From the NCBI GenBank assembly GCA_963827165.1, contig CAWGZR010000005.1, positions 96,001-160,000 on the forward strand: a DNA stretch of 64,000 nucleotides, in the 5' to 3' direction. A program made the translations under genes and the position numbers. Origin of the DNA: Candidatus Bathyarchaeota archaeon (GTDB lineage Archaea > Thermoproteota > Bathyarchaeia > Bathyarchaeales > Bathycorpusculaceae). The notes beneath the pieces are model-generated. The model ran no database searches. It saw nothing but the letters and a program-made list of their open reading frames with translations, and was not told where the DNA came from. Positions 47,963 to 57,943 of this stretch are shown in pieces; position 1 is the first letter of the stretch, and each line of letters opens with the position of its first letter.

Positions 47963-49111
47963 TTATGCTTCACCTATTTTTTTGCCGCAGTTCTCACAGT
48001 ACAACGCAAACGATTTGTTGGCTGAACCACAGTGAACACAGAATTTGGCTTTGCTCGTATCCGCTTGTACGGGCGCAGAGCTAACCTCAGCTGGCATAAA
48101 GATTTGAGAAGGATCCGTTTTTACTCCGAATCTTAGTGGTCTAACCACTACCGCTATCGAGATTCCGATTGCGACTATCATAAGAACGAAAAATAGGGGG
48201 TCTCGGGAAATCAAGTTTAAAGAAATAGGTGCAACCGGTTCGATCGTTGGTCCAGCCACTGAGGGCAAAGGCTCCATGGTTTCATTTGGACCAACAGACG
48301 GCGTGGCTTGTGGTGTGTCGGGATTATATGGAGCAAAAGAAGGATTCGGCGCTGCAAGTGAAAGGGCTTGAAGATTTACAACGTACTGTAGGCTTGTATC
48401 AATCGGGTAGACATATGCACCTACACCGTTGAACTGTGAGGGCAATTGGCCGACTGTGAATCCTTCCCCGGTTGTTTCGCAGTAATAGTAGTTTTGGTTA
48501 TTATACGTCCAGTAAGTACCTCCAAGATTGTTCCCCAGTACCCCGACTGCCAAGTGGTCTGGAGGATTAATGAAAACTACGTCAAAACCTAACATCAACG
48601 TCAAAGTTGCAAAGAGAATGGAGTGGCTCTTGCAATCGCCGATATTGTCGATTAAGGTCTCAACCGGGAACCTCGGGTAATCTTGATACCCGGTGCTGTT
48701 CAGATCCGTCGCGTAGGGTATGCTTTGAACGAAAGCTAAGGCAAAGTTCACTTCCTGAAGCGAACTGTATCCAGCTTGGGTTGCAGTTTCATTTATCTTT
48801 GTGGCCAAGCTTTCCATGTAGGGATCTTGAGTAGTGGTGAAGTACCCGAAACTTGCAAGTTGAATTTGCGACCTCACCGAATCTGGAATAGCAACGTAAG
48901 CTGAATACAGCTCTTGGGGGATAGTCAGGTTCCAACTCCAGGTTTCGCCGCCATAGTTCCAGCAAAACGAGCGGTTATAGTATTGAGGTTGACTCTGAGT
49001 TTGAGCATTAGCCACCACAAAAGGCTGAAGGACCGGGAAACAAGCGAGAAATAAGACAGTAAAGACCGTTAACAGGCTCCACGGTTTGCGTCGAAGCAGG
49101 GACTTACTCAT
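47963..49111 (-). CDS. Secreted transglutaminase-like protein with TM and C-terminal Zn ribbon
   Basis: FVQSIPY, PVETL...GDC, HLAVGV, YYYCETT; CVHCG...CENCG. Confidence 0.82.
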   Translation of the reverse strand: MSKSLLRRKPWSLLTVFTVLFLACFPVLQPFVVANAQTQSQPQYYNRSFCWNYGGETWSWNLTIPQELYSAYVAIPDSVRSQIQLASFGYFTTTQDPYMESLATKINETATQAGYSSLQEVNFALAFVQSIPYATDLNSTGYQDYPRFPVETLIDNIGDCKSHSILFATLTLMLGFDVVFINPPDHLAVGVLGNNLGGTYWTYNNQNYYYCETTGEGFTVGQLPSQFNGVGAYVYPIDTSLQYVVNLQALSLAAPNPSFAPYNPDTPQATPSVGPNETMEPLPSVAGPTIEPVAPISLNLISRDPLFFVLMIVAIGISIAVVVRPLRFGVKTDPSQIFMPAEVSSAPVQADTSKAKFCVHCGSANKSFALYCENCGKKIGEA

Positions 49112-49173
49112 TCATTCATCAACATCCCTTAAATGACCCTTGATGCATTTTTAAAACTATTCCCAAATGCTAT

Positions 49174-49626
49174 TCAGCGACGAACTGTTGAACGCATATA
49201 CCAAGTCGCAAAGCTATAGGCAGCTATCGCAAAAAGGCAAAACAGAACCAAAACCTTCAGACCAGTCAGGGTTTGCAACATTGAAAAAACCAATGCTGTC
49301 GCCGGAAGCGGAAGCAGTAGAAAATATATGAAACCTACTAATCCAACGCGGTTTCCAACGCTTTCTTTCTTAACGGATCCTCTTCCGAAGAACGCCCCCG
49401 CCAACCTTCCGAAGCCACTCGTGCAAGCTTTACATCTGTAACAGCTACTGCACCCGAGCCTACGCAGAATGACGTAGATTACAATGACAACCACAATCAA
49501 ATAGAGCAGACTATAGAGTGGAGCGTAGATGAGCACAGCGAAGAACGCTAAGAAAACCCATACGAGCAGTGCAAGATTTCCCAGAATGTTAAGCTGACGA
49601 GTGAATTCAAGTCTTTCTTCGCTCAA
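49174..49626 (-). CDS. Hypothetical membrane protein with Cys cluster
   Basis: Four TM segments, CSSCYRCKAC. Confidence 0.7.
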   Translation of the reverse strand: MSEERLEFTRQLNILGNLALLVWVFLAFFAVLIYAPLYSLLYLIVVVIVIYVILRRLGCSSCYRCKACTSGFGRLAGAFFGRGSVKKESVGNRVGLVGFIYFLLLPLPATALVFSMLQTLTGLKVLVLFCLFAIAAYSFATWYMRSTVRR

Positions 49627-49711
49627 GCCGTCGCCCTAATCATTTTACATTGAATCTCGCTTATTAGTTACTCTGTTTTTCCTGCTAACGCTTGCGACCC
49701 TCGGAACTATA

Positions 49712-50005
49712 TTATTTCTGCTTTATTATTCCGTAGCTTTGCTTTTTCCAAGCATCCCGGAACTTGTTGTAGTAATCTATCGGCTGGAAAACAGGCGCGT
49801 AAACCAGCGGCCACTCAAGTCCGCATTTGCAGCAAGCATAAACCTTTTTATTTTTTAAGTCTGCTAGAATTTGCAATAATTCTTTTCTGCATTTTGGGCA
49901 ATAGTATGGTCCATTGACCATTTGCTTTGCATCTTTGGTGAGGCATTTAATTCGGCTAGTTGGAACTTTACTTGTTCCCTTTCCCATACTCATGGTTGCG
50001 ACCAA
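49712..50005 (-). CDS. Elf1-like transcription elongation factor
   Basis: CPKC...CCKCGL...PIDYYNKFRD. Confidence 0.72.
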   Translation of the reverse strand: MVATMSMGKGTSKVPTSRIKCLTKDAKQMVNGPYYCPKCRKELLQILADLKNKKVYACCKCGLEWPLVYAPVFQPIDYYNKFRDAWKKQSYGIIKQK

Positions 50006-50214
50006 TCCAGCATACTAACCGTCAACGCACAAAGATATACCATTCCGTCAACATTAGAGATTTCAAAATGGAAAAGCAGCCTTTTTCATTATTTCTCCGA
50101 AAGAGTTGCGGGAAATCCCAAATCTTCGAATCGAGCGAAATCGCCATTTTTTGACCGAACAGAGATTGAAGCACAGAAAACTTAAATTACGCTTGAGCTA
50201 TGAGCTATTCCAGC

Positions 50215-50322
50215 GCGGCCGTCGTCTAGTCTGGTTTAGGACATTAAACCGCATATAACCATAAGCGGTATGTAAGCCTTCCAAGCTAATGATCCCGGGT
50301 TCAAATCCCGGCGACCGCACCA
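50215..50322 (+). tRNA. tRNA-Gly(UCC) with a 29-nt intron at position 29/30 (50247-50275) and encoded CCA
   Basis: Cloverleaf forms after splicing: anticodon arm TTAGC-CTTCCAA-GCTAA, T arm CCGGG-TTCAAAT-CCCGG; BHB motif GG/ACAT/TAA/ACCGC...GCGGT/ATGT/AAG/CC. Confidence 0.95.
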
Positions 50323-50735
50323 CAACCGCACCAAATTTTAGGTTCAAATCCAGCCGCAAATAGTTGCCTTGCTGACAAAGATTGCCTTTTTCGGTTGCCG
50401 TTCGATGAATGAATAACGACTACCTTACAAAGACCTTCGAGACGTTTTCTGAAGGTGGATTCTAAAGAAATATAACTTGCGCTGCATGGAAATTGAACCT
50501 CAAAGTTCAATTTTCGCGTTTTTTTGTTGTAAAATAAGGCTGGGTTGGGCTTGAAAATGGAATCGGGTTAAAAGCCGCGTTGATTGCTTTGGAAGTTGTG
50601 AACTTTTTGCATGGAAAACTTATCGCCAATTGAACTTTTCGCATGTTGAGGTTGCACGATTTTGACCTGATTTTGAACGGTTTGAGTTTGTACTGAAGCG
50701 GCGGTTGTTGTGGGAAAAAACGATGCGTCGATGAC

Positions 50736-51083
50736 TCAATCAAGAGGTTGGGGCTCTTTGTTGCCGCGCCATTTTATAGTCCATTGTGCCATGCTGTCGA
50801 GGATTGGAGTTAATTCTTGACCCTTTGATGTTAATGAGTATTTTATTAGGACGGGTGTTTCTGCGATGACTTGTTTGTTTATGATGCCGCAGGCTGCTAA
50901 TTCCTTTAGTTTTGAAGACAGCGTCTTTGAACTGATGGGTTTGAGGGCTTTCATGAACTCGTTGAATCTTAGGGGCTGTTTGCGTAGGTGGAGTTCCTTT
51001 ATTATTTGCAGGCTCCATCGGTTGCCCACTAGCTGTATTGCTTGCTCGTAGGGGCAGTTTGTGGCTAGGACGGTTTTGCCCAT
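50736..51083 (-). CDS. HxlR family winged-helix regulator
   Basis: CPYEQAIQLVGNRWS, RFNE, ISSKTLSSKLKEL, YSLTSKG; start reassigned to ATG 51083. Confidence 0.9.
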   Translation of the reverse strand: MGKTVLATNCPYEQAIQLVGNRWSLQIIKELHLRKQPLRFNEFMKALKPISSKTLSSKLKELAACGIINKQVIAETPVLIKYSLTSKGQELTPILDSMAQWTIKWRGNKEPQPLD

Positions 51084-51183
51084 GATTTCACCAGGGTTAC
51101 TTGCTTTATCTAGCTTCAGCTTAGATTTATATGCTTTCGTAAGTAAAGCTAATAGCTTAAGTAAATTGGGAGAAAAACTGAAA

Positions 51184-51963
51184 ATGTTTACAATAAATCG
51201 CTTCGAAAACGGAAGAATAATAAGGCAAGCGACCGACAAGGAACATTCAAGATATCTTGCAGAATTATCGAAGAAACCAAAAGACGATCAATTGTCTGGA
51301 GAAGTCAAAGGCGACGCTTATGGCTTAACAGGCTTGATTTACATGCAAGAAATAAGTCACAAAAAAACCAAAACTAAATCGAATAGCATCAAAAGTGAAA
51401 TAACCTATTTTGACGTCGCGGGCAAAGAAAATTCGGATGAAACCCTTGAATTGGCCAAAGAGAGAGCAGTGGAAAGAGGGGTAAAAACAATTATTATCGC
51501 TTCAATAAGAGGAGAAACAGCGTCAAAAGCACTGAAAACCTTCAAGGATACCGATATCAAGTTGGTAATGGCCACATGCAATGCCTGTAATGGGTGTGAC
51601 CGCTTTTCTAAAGAAATATGGCAAGAAGTTGAGAAGGCAGGACACAAAGTAATTTACACCAATGAGGACGCTGTCCCGTTCCCTCCGGAAGCCGTGCTCG
51701 CTTACAGGAGAATATGCGAAGGCATGAAAGTCGCCGTGCAGATAACCATGTCTGCAGTGGACCAAGGCTACATCGCGCCAGGTGAGAAAATAATAGCCAT
51801 CGCAGGTACAGGCGGCAAAAGTTATAGCAAAGGGTGGGGAGTGGACACGGCAGTGATAATCGAAGCCCAAGGAAGCACTGAATTTTTTAGCTATCCGCAA
51901 ATGATGAAGGATCTAAAATTGTACGGCCAGAAAATCAGGGAAATAATTTGCATGCCTCGATAA
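51184..51963 (+). CDS. Pyruvate-kinase C-terminal-like domain protein (MTH1675/DUF1867 type)
   Basis: ITYFDVAGKENSDETL, IIASIRGETA, GMKVAVQI, IAIAGTG, IREIICMPR; start uncertain. Confidence 0.8.
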   Translation: MFTINRFENGRIIRQATDKEHSRYLAELSKKPKDDQLSGEVKGDAYGLTGLIYMQEISHKKTKTKSNSIKSEITYFDVAGKENSDETLELAKERAVERGVKTIIIASIRGETASKALKTFKDTDIKLVMATCNACNGCDRFSKEIWQEVEKAGHKVIYTNEDAVPFPPEAVLAYRRICEGMKVAVQITMSAVDQGYIAPGEKIIAIAGTGGKSYSKGWGVDTAVIIEAQGSTEFFSYPQMMKDLKLYGQKIREIICMPR

Positions 51964-52126
51964 GTAAAGAGAGTTGCCCTTGAGCTATATAGACTTCGTT
52001 TCAAATCCGGGCAGCCCCATCACGGAAGTTTCTCAGATTCATTGAGACACACTGGAAAAAGAAAGGAAAACTAGGCAGTATAAACGGCGGTTGCTCGATA
52101 TCGGTTCCGCCCGGTCCACAAACAGT

Positions 52127-52573
52127 TCAACAACTCAGTTTTATCTCTTCCAGGAAAACTAAGGGGGTGTCAAATGGTTTTTTCCCCATTTCCTCTACCA
52201 ATTCTTGCTCTTGTCGGGCAAAAAGAGCGCCGCCGGTAATTTTATGAGTCAATGCCAAAGTGAAGCAGTCCGGTAGCGAAATGGCCCTTTTGCATTTGAT
52301 TTTGGCCGCTTCATCGATTAATCGTGAGGTCTCCTCAACCATAAAATATCCTGAATTAACGAGTTTGTTTACTCTTTCGCATGATTCCTGCAATCCAAGT
52401 TTTCTGCAGAGGATGTATCGCAGCTCTGTTATGGCTAACTCCGTAGTGTGGGCTTCAATTAAATTAGTTTCGAGCGCTTTTTTGAGTTTCTGTCCCAAAC
52501 TATCGCAGTATATTAGTTCAATTAATGCGCTTGTGTCTATTGCTAATTTTCCTTTCAAGTCTTGCATCGTCAA
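52127..52573 (-). CDS. PIN-domain toxin (VapC-like)
   Basis: AIDTSALI, ITEL, ISLPDCF. Confidence 0.85.
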   Translation of the reverse strand: MTMQDLKGKLAIDTSALIELIYCDSLGQKLKKALETNLIEAHTTELAITELRYILCRKLGLQESCERVNKLVNSGYFMVEETSRLIDEAAKIKCKRAISLPDCFTLALTHKITGGALFARQEQELVEEMGKKPFDTPLVFLEEIKLSC

Positions 52574-52796
52574 GCTTCCGTTCTTTCTCTAATTCTTCGA
52601 GAGCCTCTGTAACTCCTCTGGTTGGGCTGCATGCTTCTTCAAGCAACCGAGAGTTTTTCTCCCGTTGATCCACCAGGAAACGAAGGGCGTCATTTAGGTC
52701 AACTCGGTGTCCCAACTTGATTTGAAGTTCGGATGCAACCTTCAAAAGTTTTTCTTTAACGTCCTCTGTTACTGATATTGTAGTCATTGAGACCAC
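52518..52796 (-). CDS. Antitoxin (VapB-like)
   Basis: MTTISVTEDVKEKL; overlaps the PIN gene from upstream. Confidence 0.8.
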   Translation of the reverse strand: MVSMTTISVTEDVKEKLLKVASELQIKLGHRVDLNDALRFLVDQREKNSRLLEEACSPTRGVTEALEELEKERKLDDARLERKISNRHKRIN

Positions 52797-52869
52797 ATCA
52801 GTTATATCAGCTATAGTAAATATAATTTATCTACCAATATATGAGTCAATACGCTATCCGCCCTCTAGT

Positions 52870-52985
52870 ATGATCGCTGCTTTCGCAAAGCGGAAACCGT
52901 AACAACTCGCTGAACTCCTAAAAATGGAGAAAGGAAACGTAGGAGAGCACATTAGACGAGCTGAAAAAACATCATGGACTTTTTG
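52870..52985 (+). pseudogene. Fragment of an HTH_10 (Bat-like) regulator C-terminus
   Basis: QLAELLKMEKGNVGEHIRRAEK from 52903, with no intact upstream frame. Confidence 0.55.
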
Positions 52986-53471
52986 ATGACGTCGTAAACC
53001 TCGTTGAATGAATTAAAGTTTTGCCTCGTTAGAGAGTGTGAAAAACTCAAATTTATTTTAGGAAATTGCCGCTTATATTTTAAAATTCCGTCTTGAATCG
53101 CTACCAAATCGCTACAAAGGACACAATTTTCTGAACTTGAAGATAGTTTTTACACAGTCTCAAAAGGGTATGGGGACTGGCAGCTCCAAACCGTGGTCCA
53201 AATTTACGACAATGGCCCTATCCAATCAGTCGCAGCAAGAGACTCAGTCCTTTTCGGAGGGCAAGCCCTTCCTTTCTTGAAGGCTTAAAGCAGTTAAATC
53301 AAGTTGTCAAAACAGCAGGTTGTCACCTGGTCAAAAATCCCCCAAAAAACACATTCATCTTAATTTCACTAAACAGCCTAAAAAACGAACCCGTTTGCAG
53401 GGTAAAATCGCTTAGTCGGTACTGTAAATATTAATAAAACATGCTTTTCATTCATCCTTCCGGCGGTTTGG

Positions 53472-53936
53472 TTGGCTAGAAGAGTCTTGGTTACCTCAAT
53501 GCTTCTGGCGGTAGCTTGGGTCCTAATGTTGACCTACCAGATCTTTACAAAAACCGCTTTAACCACCTTCGCATCAGGCCTCAAGGCCGTCCCATATTTG
53601 GAAATGACGTTCAACTCCAACATCGGTCTTGCCGTTTTCATCTGTTCTTTCGCGTGGATGTTTGTACTCTCAACAGTTATCTCTAGCCTCATCTTTGGGA
53701 AGCAACGGCGGATTTTCATCCAGTTCCTAATCGGCTTGGCGTTGACGTTGACGGCTTCGGCGTTGTTTGACGCGGCTAAATGGTTCGGTTGGGACCTTTC
53801 AAATCCTAAAACATTGCTCGCGAATAGGTACGCACAAGTCTTCAACAGCGCAGTTTTCTCGGCGCTTTTCCTGTCCTTGCCGTTCGTTTTCATGATAGCG
53901 ATGGATTTGCGGGCTATGATAATAGCAAGAAAATAA
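53472..53936 (+). CDS. Hypothetical membrane protein
   Basis: Four hydrophobic segments. Confidence 0.7.
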   Translation: MARRVLVTSMLLAVAWVLMLTYQIFTKTALTTFASGLKAVPYLEMTFNSNIGLAVFICSFAWMFVLSTVISSLIFGKQRRIFIQFLIGLALTLTASALFDAAKWFGWDLSNPKTLLANRYAQVFNSAVFSALFLSLPFVFMIAMDLRAMIIARK

Positions 53937-54058
53937 GCCTTCTCTGAATCCGCAATAGTTTAAACTAACTCATCATTAACGGAGGTCAAAGGGTTTCACC
54001 TGAATTTAGTTGGAATCGCAAAGCAGCCTATCCATAAGCAAAAGATAAACTTGTTTTA

Positions 54059-55282
54059 TCAAGTTTTCCAGTGTTTCAAGGCCATTTTCAGTTCCATATT
54101 AGACTTAGCGTACTCTTCCAACGTTTCTTTTTTTAAGACTGCGTCAACAGCTTGTCGCATCGCCTTAGCCCCTGCCGTTGTTCCGTCAGGGTGACCGTGG
54201 ATTCCTCCACCAGCTTGGATCACCACGTCGTTGCCGAATGTTTCAAGTAGCGCGGGAACCAGTGTTGGATACAATCCGCCTGAAGCTACAGGTAGGACGG
54301 TTTTTAGGTTGCCCAGTTGGTTTTTGCACGCATCGATGTTTTCAAGGACTTCAGCCTTGGTTTCACTCATTTTGCCGACGACGGTGCCCACGTGGAGTTG
54401 ATCGACTCCGATGACCCGTGCCACGATTGCTATGGGGCGCATGGCGATGCCGTGCAACTGGTTCTTGGTGAAAGCCGCGTGTCCTGCCCTATGCGCATGA
54501 ATGACTAGTTTAAGGTTTTGATCTCTGAGCGTCTGCAGAGCTGACCACCCCGTGGTTAAGATGTCCACCATCACGTATTCGCCGCCTTGAGCAACCACAG
54601 CTTCCGCCCGCTTCAGCATCAAATTTGTCTCAGCTGTGACGTTTATCATGTAAACTTTACGTTCCCCAGTCTCCTGCTGAGCCTTGTCACATTTGTCTAA
54701 GGTGTGTGCTAAGCGCTCTTCGAATGGGTTGAAAGATTGGCTGCTTAGGTTTTCGTCATCTTTCACAATGTCGCAGCCGCCGCTCCAAGCGTCATAAGCC
54801 ACCTTCGCGTGGTCTCGGGTGTTTAATCCGAGTTTAGGCTTGATTATTGTGCCGACCAATGGGCGTTCGGGAACTTTTAGGAGACTGCGGATTCCTGCTA
54901 TGCCGAAGGCGGGTCCTTTGAAGCTGTCCAGTAAGGCTTTTGGGAATTGGATGTCGAGGAGGCGAAGGTTTTTTAGAGCTTTTAGCCCGAAGACGTTTCC
55001 TGCTACACTGCTCAGGATGTTGGGCATGTTGACAGGTTCAAAAAGTTCTATGGGATAGGCTATTTTTATTACGTTAGCTTCAATGCTGAAGACGTGGGCT
55101 GCCAAGCGCTTAACGTAGGGTTTCTCAGTTGTGAGCTCTGTCCATGTGCCTATCGAGCTCTCAGCGGCTACTCCACCCGCGGCTTCTTGCAGGCTTATGC
55201 CCTCAGGTTCAACGTAAAATGTACATGTTAAATCGGTTTCTTTGGGTTCATAAGTAGGATCGATAAAGTCAAGATACTTCAC
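54059..55282 (-). CDS. rbcL: Form III RuBisCO
   Basis: AAESSIGTW, GTIIKPKLGL, DIVKDDE, HAHRAGH, GKM loop 6, SGG, GGGIHGHP. Confidence 0.95.
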   Translation of the reverse strand: MKYLDFIDPTYEPKETDLTCTFYVEPEGISLQEAAGGVAAESSIGTWTELTTEKPYVKRLAAHVFSIEANVIKIAYPIELFEPVNMPNILSSVAGNVFGLKALKNLRLLDIQFPKALLDSFKGPAFGIAGIRSLLKVPERPLVGTIIKPKLGLNTRDHAKVAYDAWSGGCDIVKDDENLSSQSFNPFEERLAHTLDKCDKAQQETGERKVYMINVTAETNLMLKRAEAVVAQGGEYVMVDILTTGWSALQTLRDQNLKLVIHAHRAGHAAFTKNQLHGIAMRPIAIVARVIGVDQLHVGTVVGKMSETKAEVLENIDACKNQLGNLKTVLPVASGGLYPTLVPALLETFGNDVVIQAGGGIHGHPDGTTAGAKAMRQAVDAVLKKETLEEYAKSNMELKMALKHWKT

Positions 55283-55411
55283 GGTGTTCCTCTCTGCTAG
55301 TTTTAACTGGTTTAACCTTAAAATCTTTAACTATACTTGTTCGGACATAGTTAAAGAAACCCTTCCATGACTAATCTGCAGAAATCAGAGAAGCAACTGA
55401 AAGAAGGCTCC

Positions 55412-55466
55412 GTCAAGAAACTTTGACTAAAGTCAGTCAAGAAAATTTTACGAATATCCTTTTATC
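55412..55466 (+). promoter_or_regulatory. Tandem GTCAAGAAA-type boxes plus TATA-like element
   Basis: GTCAAGAAACTTTGAC (55412-27) and GTCAAGAAAATTTTAC (55436-51), then CTTTTATC. Confidence 0.6.
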
Positions 55467-55488
55467 TTAACCAGTTCTATGAGGTATT

Positions 55489-56286
55489 ATGGGAAGTTTA
55501 GGTAAGAGTCTTGTTTTAATTCTTATTCTATTAGTGGTTATCTCAAGTGTAGGTCTATTGACAGATAAATCTGTAAGTGCTCAAACTGCGACTCCAATAT
55601 CGTCTATACCTGCTCCGACTGTTCCGCAATTCACGGTTAAGTTTAATTCAAATTTCATTAATGTGATTACAACCGACCCATACACAGGAGCAAATACTAC
55701 CACAACCCAAAACCAAAGCACCATAGAGTTATCGATTGCAAATCAACTCTATAGTTACTCTAACGGTTCAACATTCTCAATATACTACAATGTCAGAGTT
55801 AAAGGACACTTTGCTAACTCCTCTTGGACAGAGCTTTACCCAACAATACAGCTTCTACCACATACAGGGGATTATAACATAAATAACTTTCAACAATATG
55901 AGGTACCCTATATTTGGGGTGAAAATACTGGGAACCACCCAATTCTTCCCCAATCAAACACCACTTATACGACAGTATCAATTCCTGCTAACAGCTACCC
56001 CGTTGGTGGACAAGTGGATATTCAGGTAGAGGCAATGTTAGGTGTTAATTCAACATACTTCCTTTCCACTAACACCTTTTTTGCTATGGGTGACAACTAC
56101 TTACCTGCCATTGCTTATGTAACATCAAGCGACTGGAGCAACACACAAACAGTAACCATATCTGAAACTGCATCTTCTCCAACTCCGACCTCATTCATTC
56201 CAGAGCTATCTTGGTCGGTTATTGTGCCTTTGCTTCTTTCTGTGTTGTCTGTTGCTGTGATAGTTAGGCTTCGAAAAAACCGCTAA
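55489..56286 (+). CDS. Secreted/membrane-anchored surface protein
   Basis: Signal peptide, PTVPQFTV, YYNVRVKGH, QVDIQVEA, SDWSNTQTVTI, PEF-CTERM-like IPEL + TM + basic tail. Confidence 0.85.
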   Translation: MGSLGKSLVLILILLVVISSVGLLTDKSVSAQTATPISSIPAPTVPQFTVKFNSNFINVITTDPYTGANTTTTQNQSTIELSIANQLYSYSNGSTFSIYYNVRVKGHFANSSWTELYPTIQLLPHTGDYNINNFQQYEVPYIWGENTGNHPILPQSNTTYTTVSIPANSYPVGGQVDIQVEAMLGVNSTYFLSTNTFFAMGDNYLPAIAYVTSSDWSNTQTVTISETASSPTPTSFIPELSWSVIVPLLLSVLSVAVIVRLRKNR

Positions 56287-56398
56287 CCAAAACAACAGAC
56301 TTTTCCTGATGAAACCGTAGTGGAATGTTTTGACGATTTTCTGACGTTTTGTAATCTTTAACTATTCCTAAATCTACTCAGTTACAGAGTGATTTGCA

Positions 56399-57943
56399 TT
56401 GGAGTTAAGGGTTGAAATCTTACCGATTATGACGGGCGGAAGCAGAATCGCCATCCTCAGCGAAGAAGCAGCCAGCTCTTTGGGCGTGCACAGTGCCGAC
56501 AGAATACGAATAAAATACGGCAGCCAAGAAATGATTGCCATAGCGAACATCGCAGCGTTCTTCTCGCCCAAACGCATCGGGCTCTATGACGAAACCGTTA
56601 AAGCGCTCGGCGTAAAGGAGGACGAAACAGTTTCGGTCCAGATAGCGCCGCTTCCCGAGTCACTTTTCAACGTGAGAGCAAAGTTACATGGGGAACGATT
56701 GCGCGAGAACGACATCATCACGATTGTCAAGGATGTAGTTGAACGCCACTTGAGTGCTTCTGAAGTGTCGGCTTTCTTAACCGCTCTTAGCATTTACGGG
56801 TTAAGTGCAAGCGAGAACGAAGCCTTGTCGAGAGCTATGGTTGCAACGGGAAAAACCATGAGTTTCGGCGAAGGTCCAATCCTTGATAAGCACAGCGTCG
56901 GAGGAATCCCCGGGGACAAAACATCCATGCTAGTTGTCCCCATAGTTGCAGCTGCTGGATACACTATTCCTAAAACTTCTTCACGTGCAATCACTTCCCC
57001 TGCAGGAACCGCAGACAGAGTGGAAACTCTTTGCCCCGTAAACCTAAGTATTGATGAGATTAAGGGGGTGGTGGCAAAGACTGGCGGGTGCTTGGTTTGG
57101 GGCGGGGCTTTGGAGCTTGCGCCAGCCGACGACCTCTTCATTCAAGTGGAGTATCCGCTGGGAATTGATCCAATGCTTTTGCCTTCGATTCTTAGCAAAA
57201 AGAAAGCCATGGGAGCCACGCATGTCGCTATAGATATTCCAACCGGCTTAGGCGCGAAAATTAAGACGCGGACTGAAGCGTACACGTTGGCTTCGGATTT
57301 TGTGGATTTAGGCAAACGTCTTGGTTTAAACATTCAGTGCGCGCTGACTTTTGGGGATCAGCCGCTTGGCTGCGGCATCGGACCCGCATTGGAGGCCAGA
57401 GAAGCCTTGTCGACTCTTCTTGGCGAGGGTCCCCCTGACCTGCGCGACAAAGCAGTTAGCCTTGCAGGGATGCTTTTTGAGATGGTTGGCGCAGAAAACG
57501 GACGAGCCAAGGCGGAGGACATGATTGACTCTGGAAAAGCAGCGGCGAAAATGAGGCAAATCATCGATGCCCAAGGTGGAAACCCGAAGGTCATGCCAGA
57601 CGATATCCCTGTTGGCCCGGAGTATGCTGAGGTGAAGTCTGAACGCGCGGGTAAGGTGATTTGGCTGAGCACGGACAATATTGTGCGGATTGCGCGGGAA
57701 GCCGGAGCGCCCAAGGAGAAAGGGGCAGGAATGATTCTTCATGCGAAACTCGGGGACGCGGTACGTAAAGATGGCGTGCTCTTTGAAATCTACGCTGAGA
57801 AAAGCAGCAAGTTGACGGCGGCTCTGGAACTTGCCAAGATGTTGCCGCCCGTTTTGTTGACGAATAAGCCTGCGGAGAAGATGATTCTGGATCAGGTGCC
57901 TGAGAAGCTTGCACGCGAAAAAACCTTCAGCTTAGACCGATAA
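56399..57943 (+). CDS. deoA: AMP phosphorylase
   Basis: N-terminal double-psi-like domain, DKHSVGGIPGDKT, PKTSSRAITSPAGTAD, GIGPALEA; neighbour of rbcL. Confidence 0.93.
   Translation: MELRVEILPIMTGGSRIAILSEEAASSLGVHSADRIRIKYGSQEMIAIANIAAFFSPKRIGLYDETVKALGVKEDETVSVQIAPLPESLFNVRAKLHGERLRENDIITIVKDVVERHLSASEVSAFLTALSIYGLSASENEALSRAMVATGKTMSFGEGPILDKHSVGGIPGDKTSMLVVPIVAAAGYTIPKTSSRAITSPAGTADRVETLCPVNLSIDEIKGVVAKTGGCLVWGGALELAPADDLFIQVEYPLGIDPMLLPSILSKKKAMGATHVAIDIPTGLGAKIKTRTEAYTLASDFVDLGKRLGLNIQCALTFGDQPLGCGIGPALEAREALSTLLGEGPPDLRDKAVSLAGMLFEMVGAENGRAKAEDMIDSGKAAAKMRQIIDAQGGNPKVMPDDIPVGPEYAEVKSERAGKVIWLSTDNIVRIAREAGAPKEKGAGMILHAKLGDAVRKDGVLFEIYAEKSSKLTAALELAKMLPPVLLTNKPAEKMILDQVPEKLAREKTFSLDR

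Noticed and set aside
50301-50743. ORFs of 69 and 78 aa downstream of the tRNA
   Set aside because: One overlaps the tRNA; neither has motifs or a clear RBS.
53096-53118. Two-copy 11-bp tandem repeat AATCGCTAC(C/A)A
   Set aside because: Only two copies and no context.
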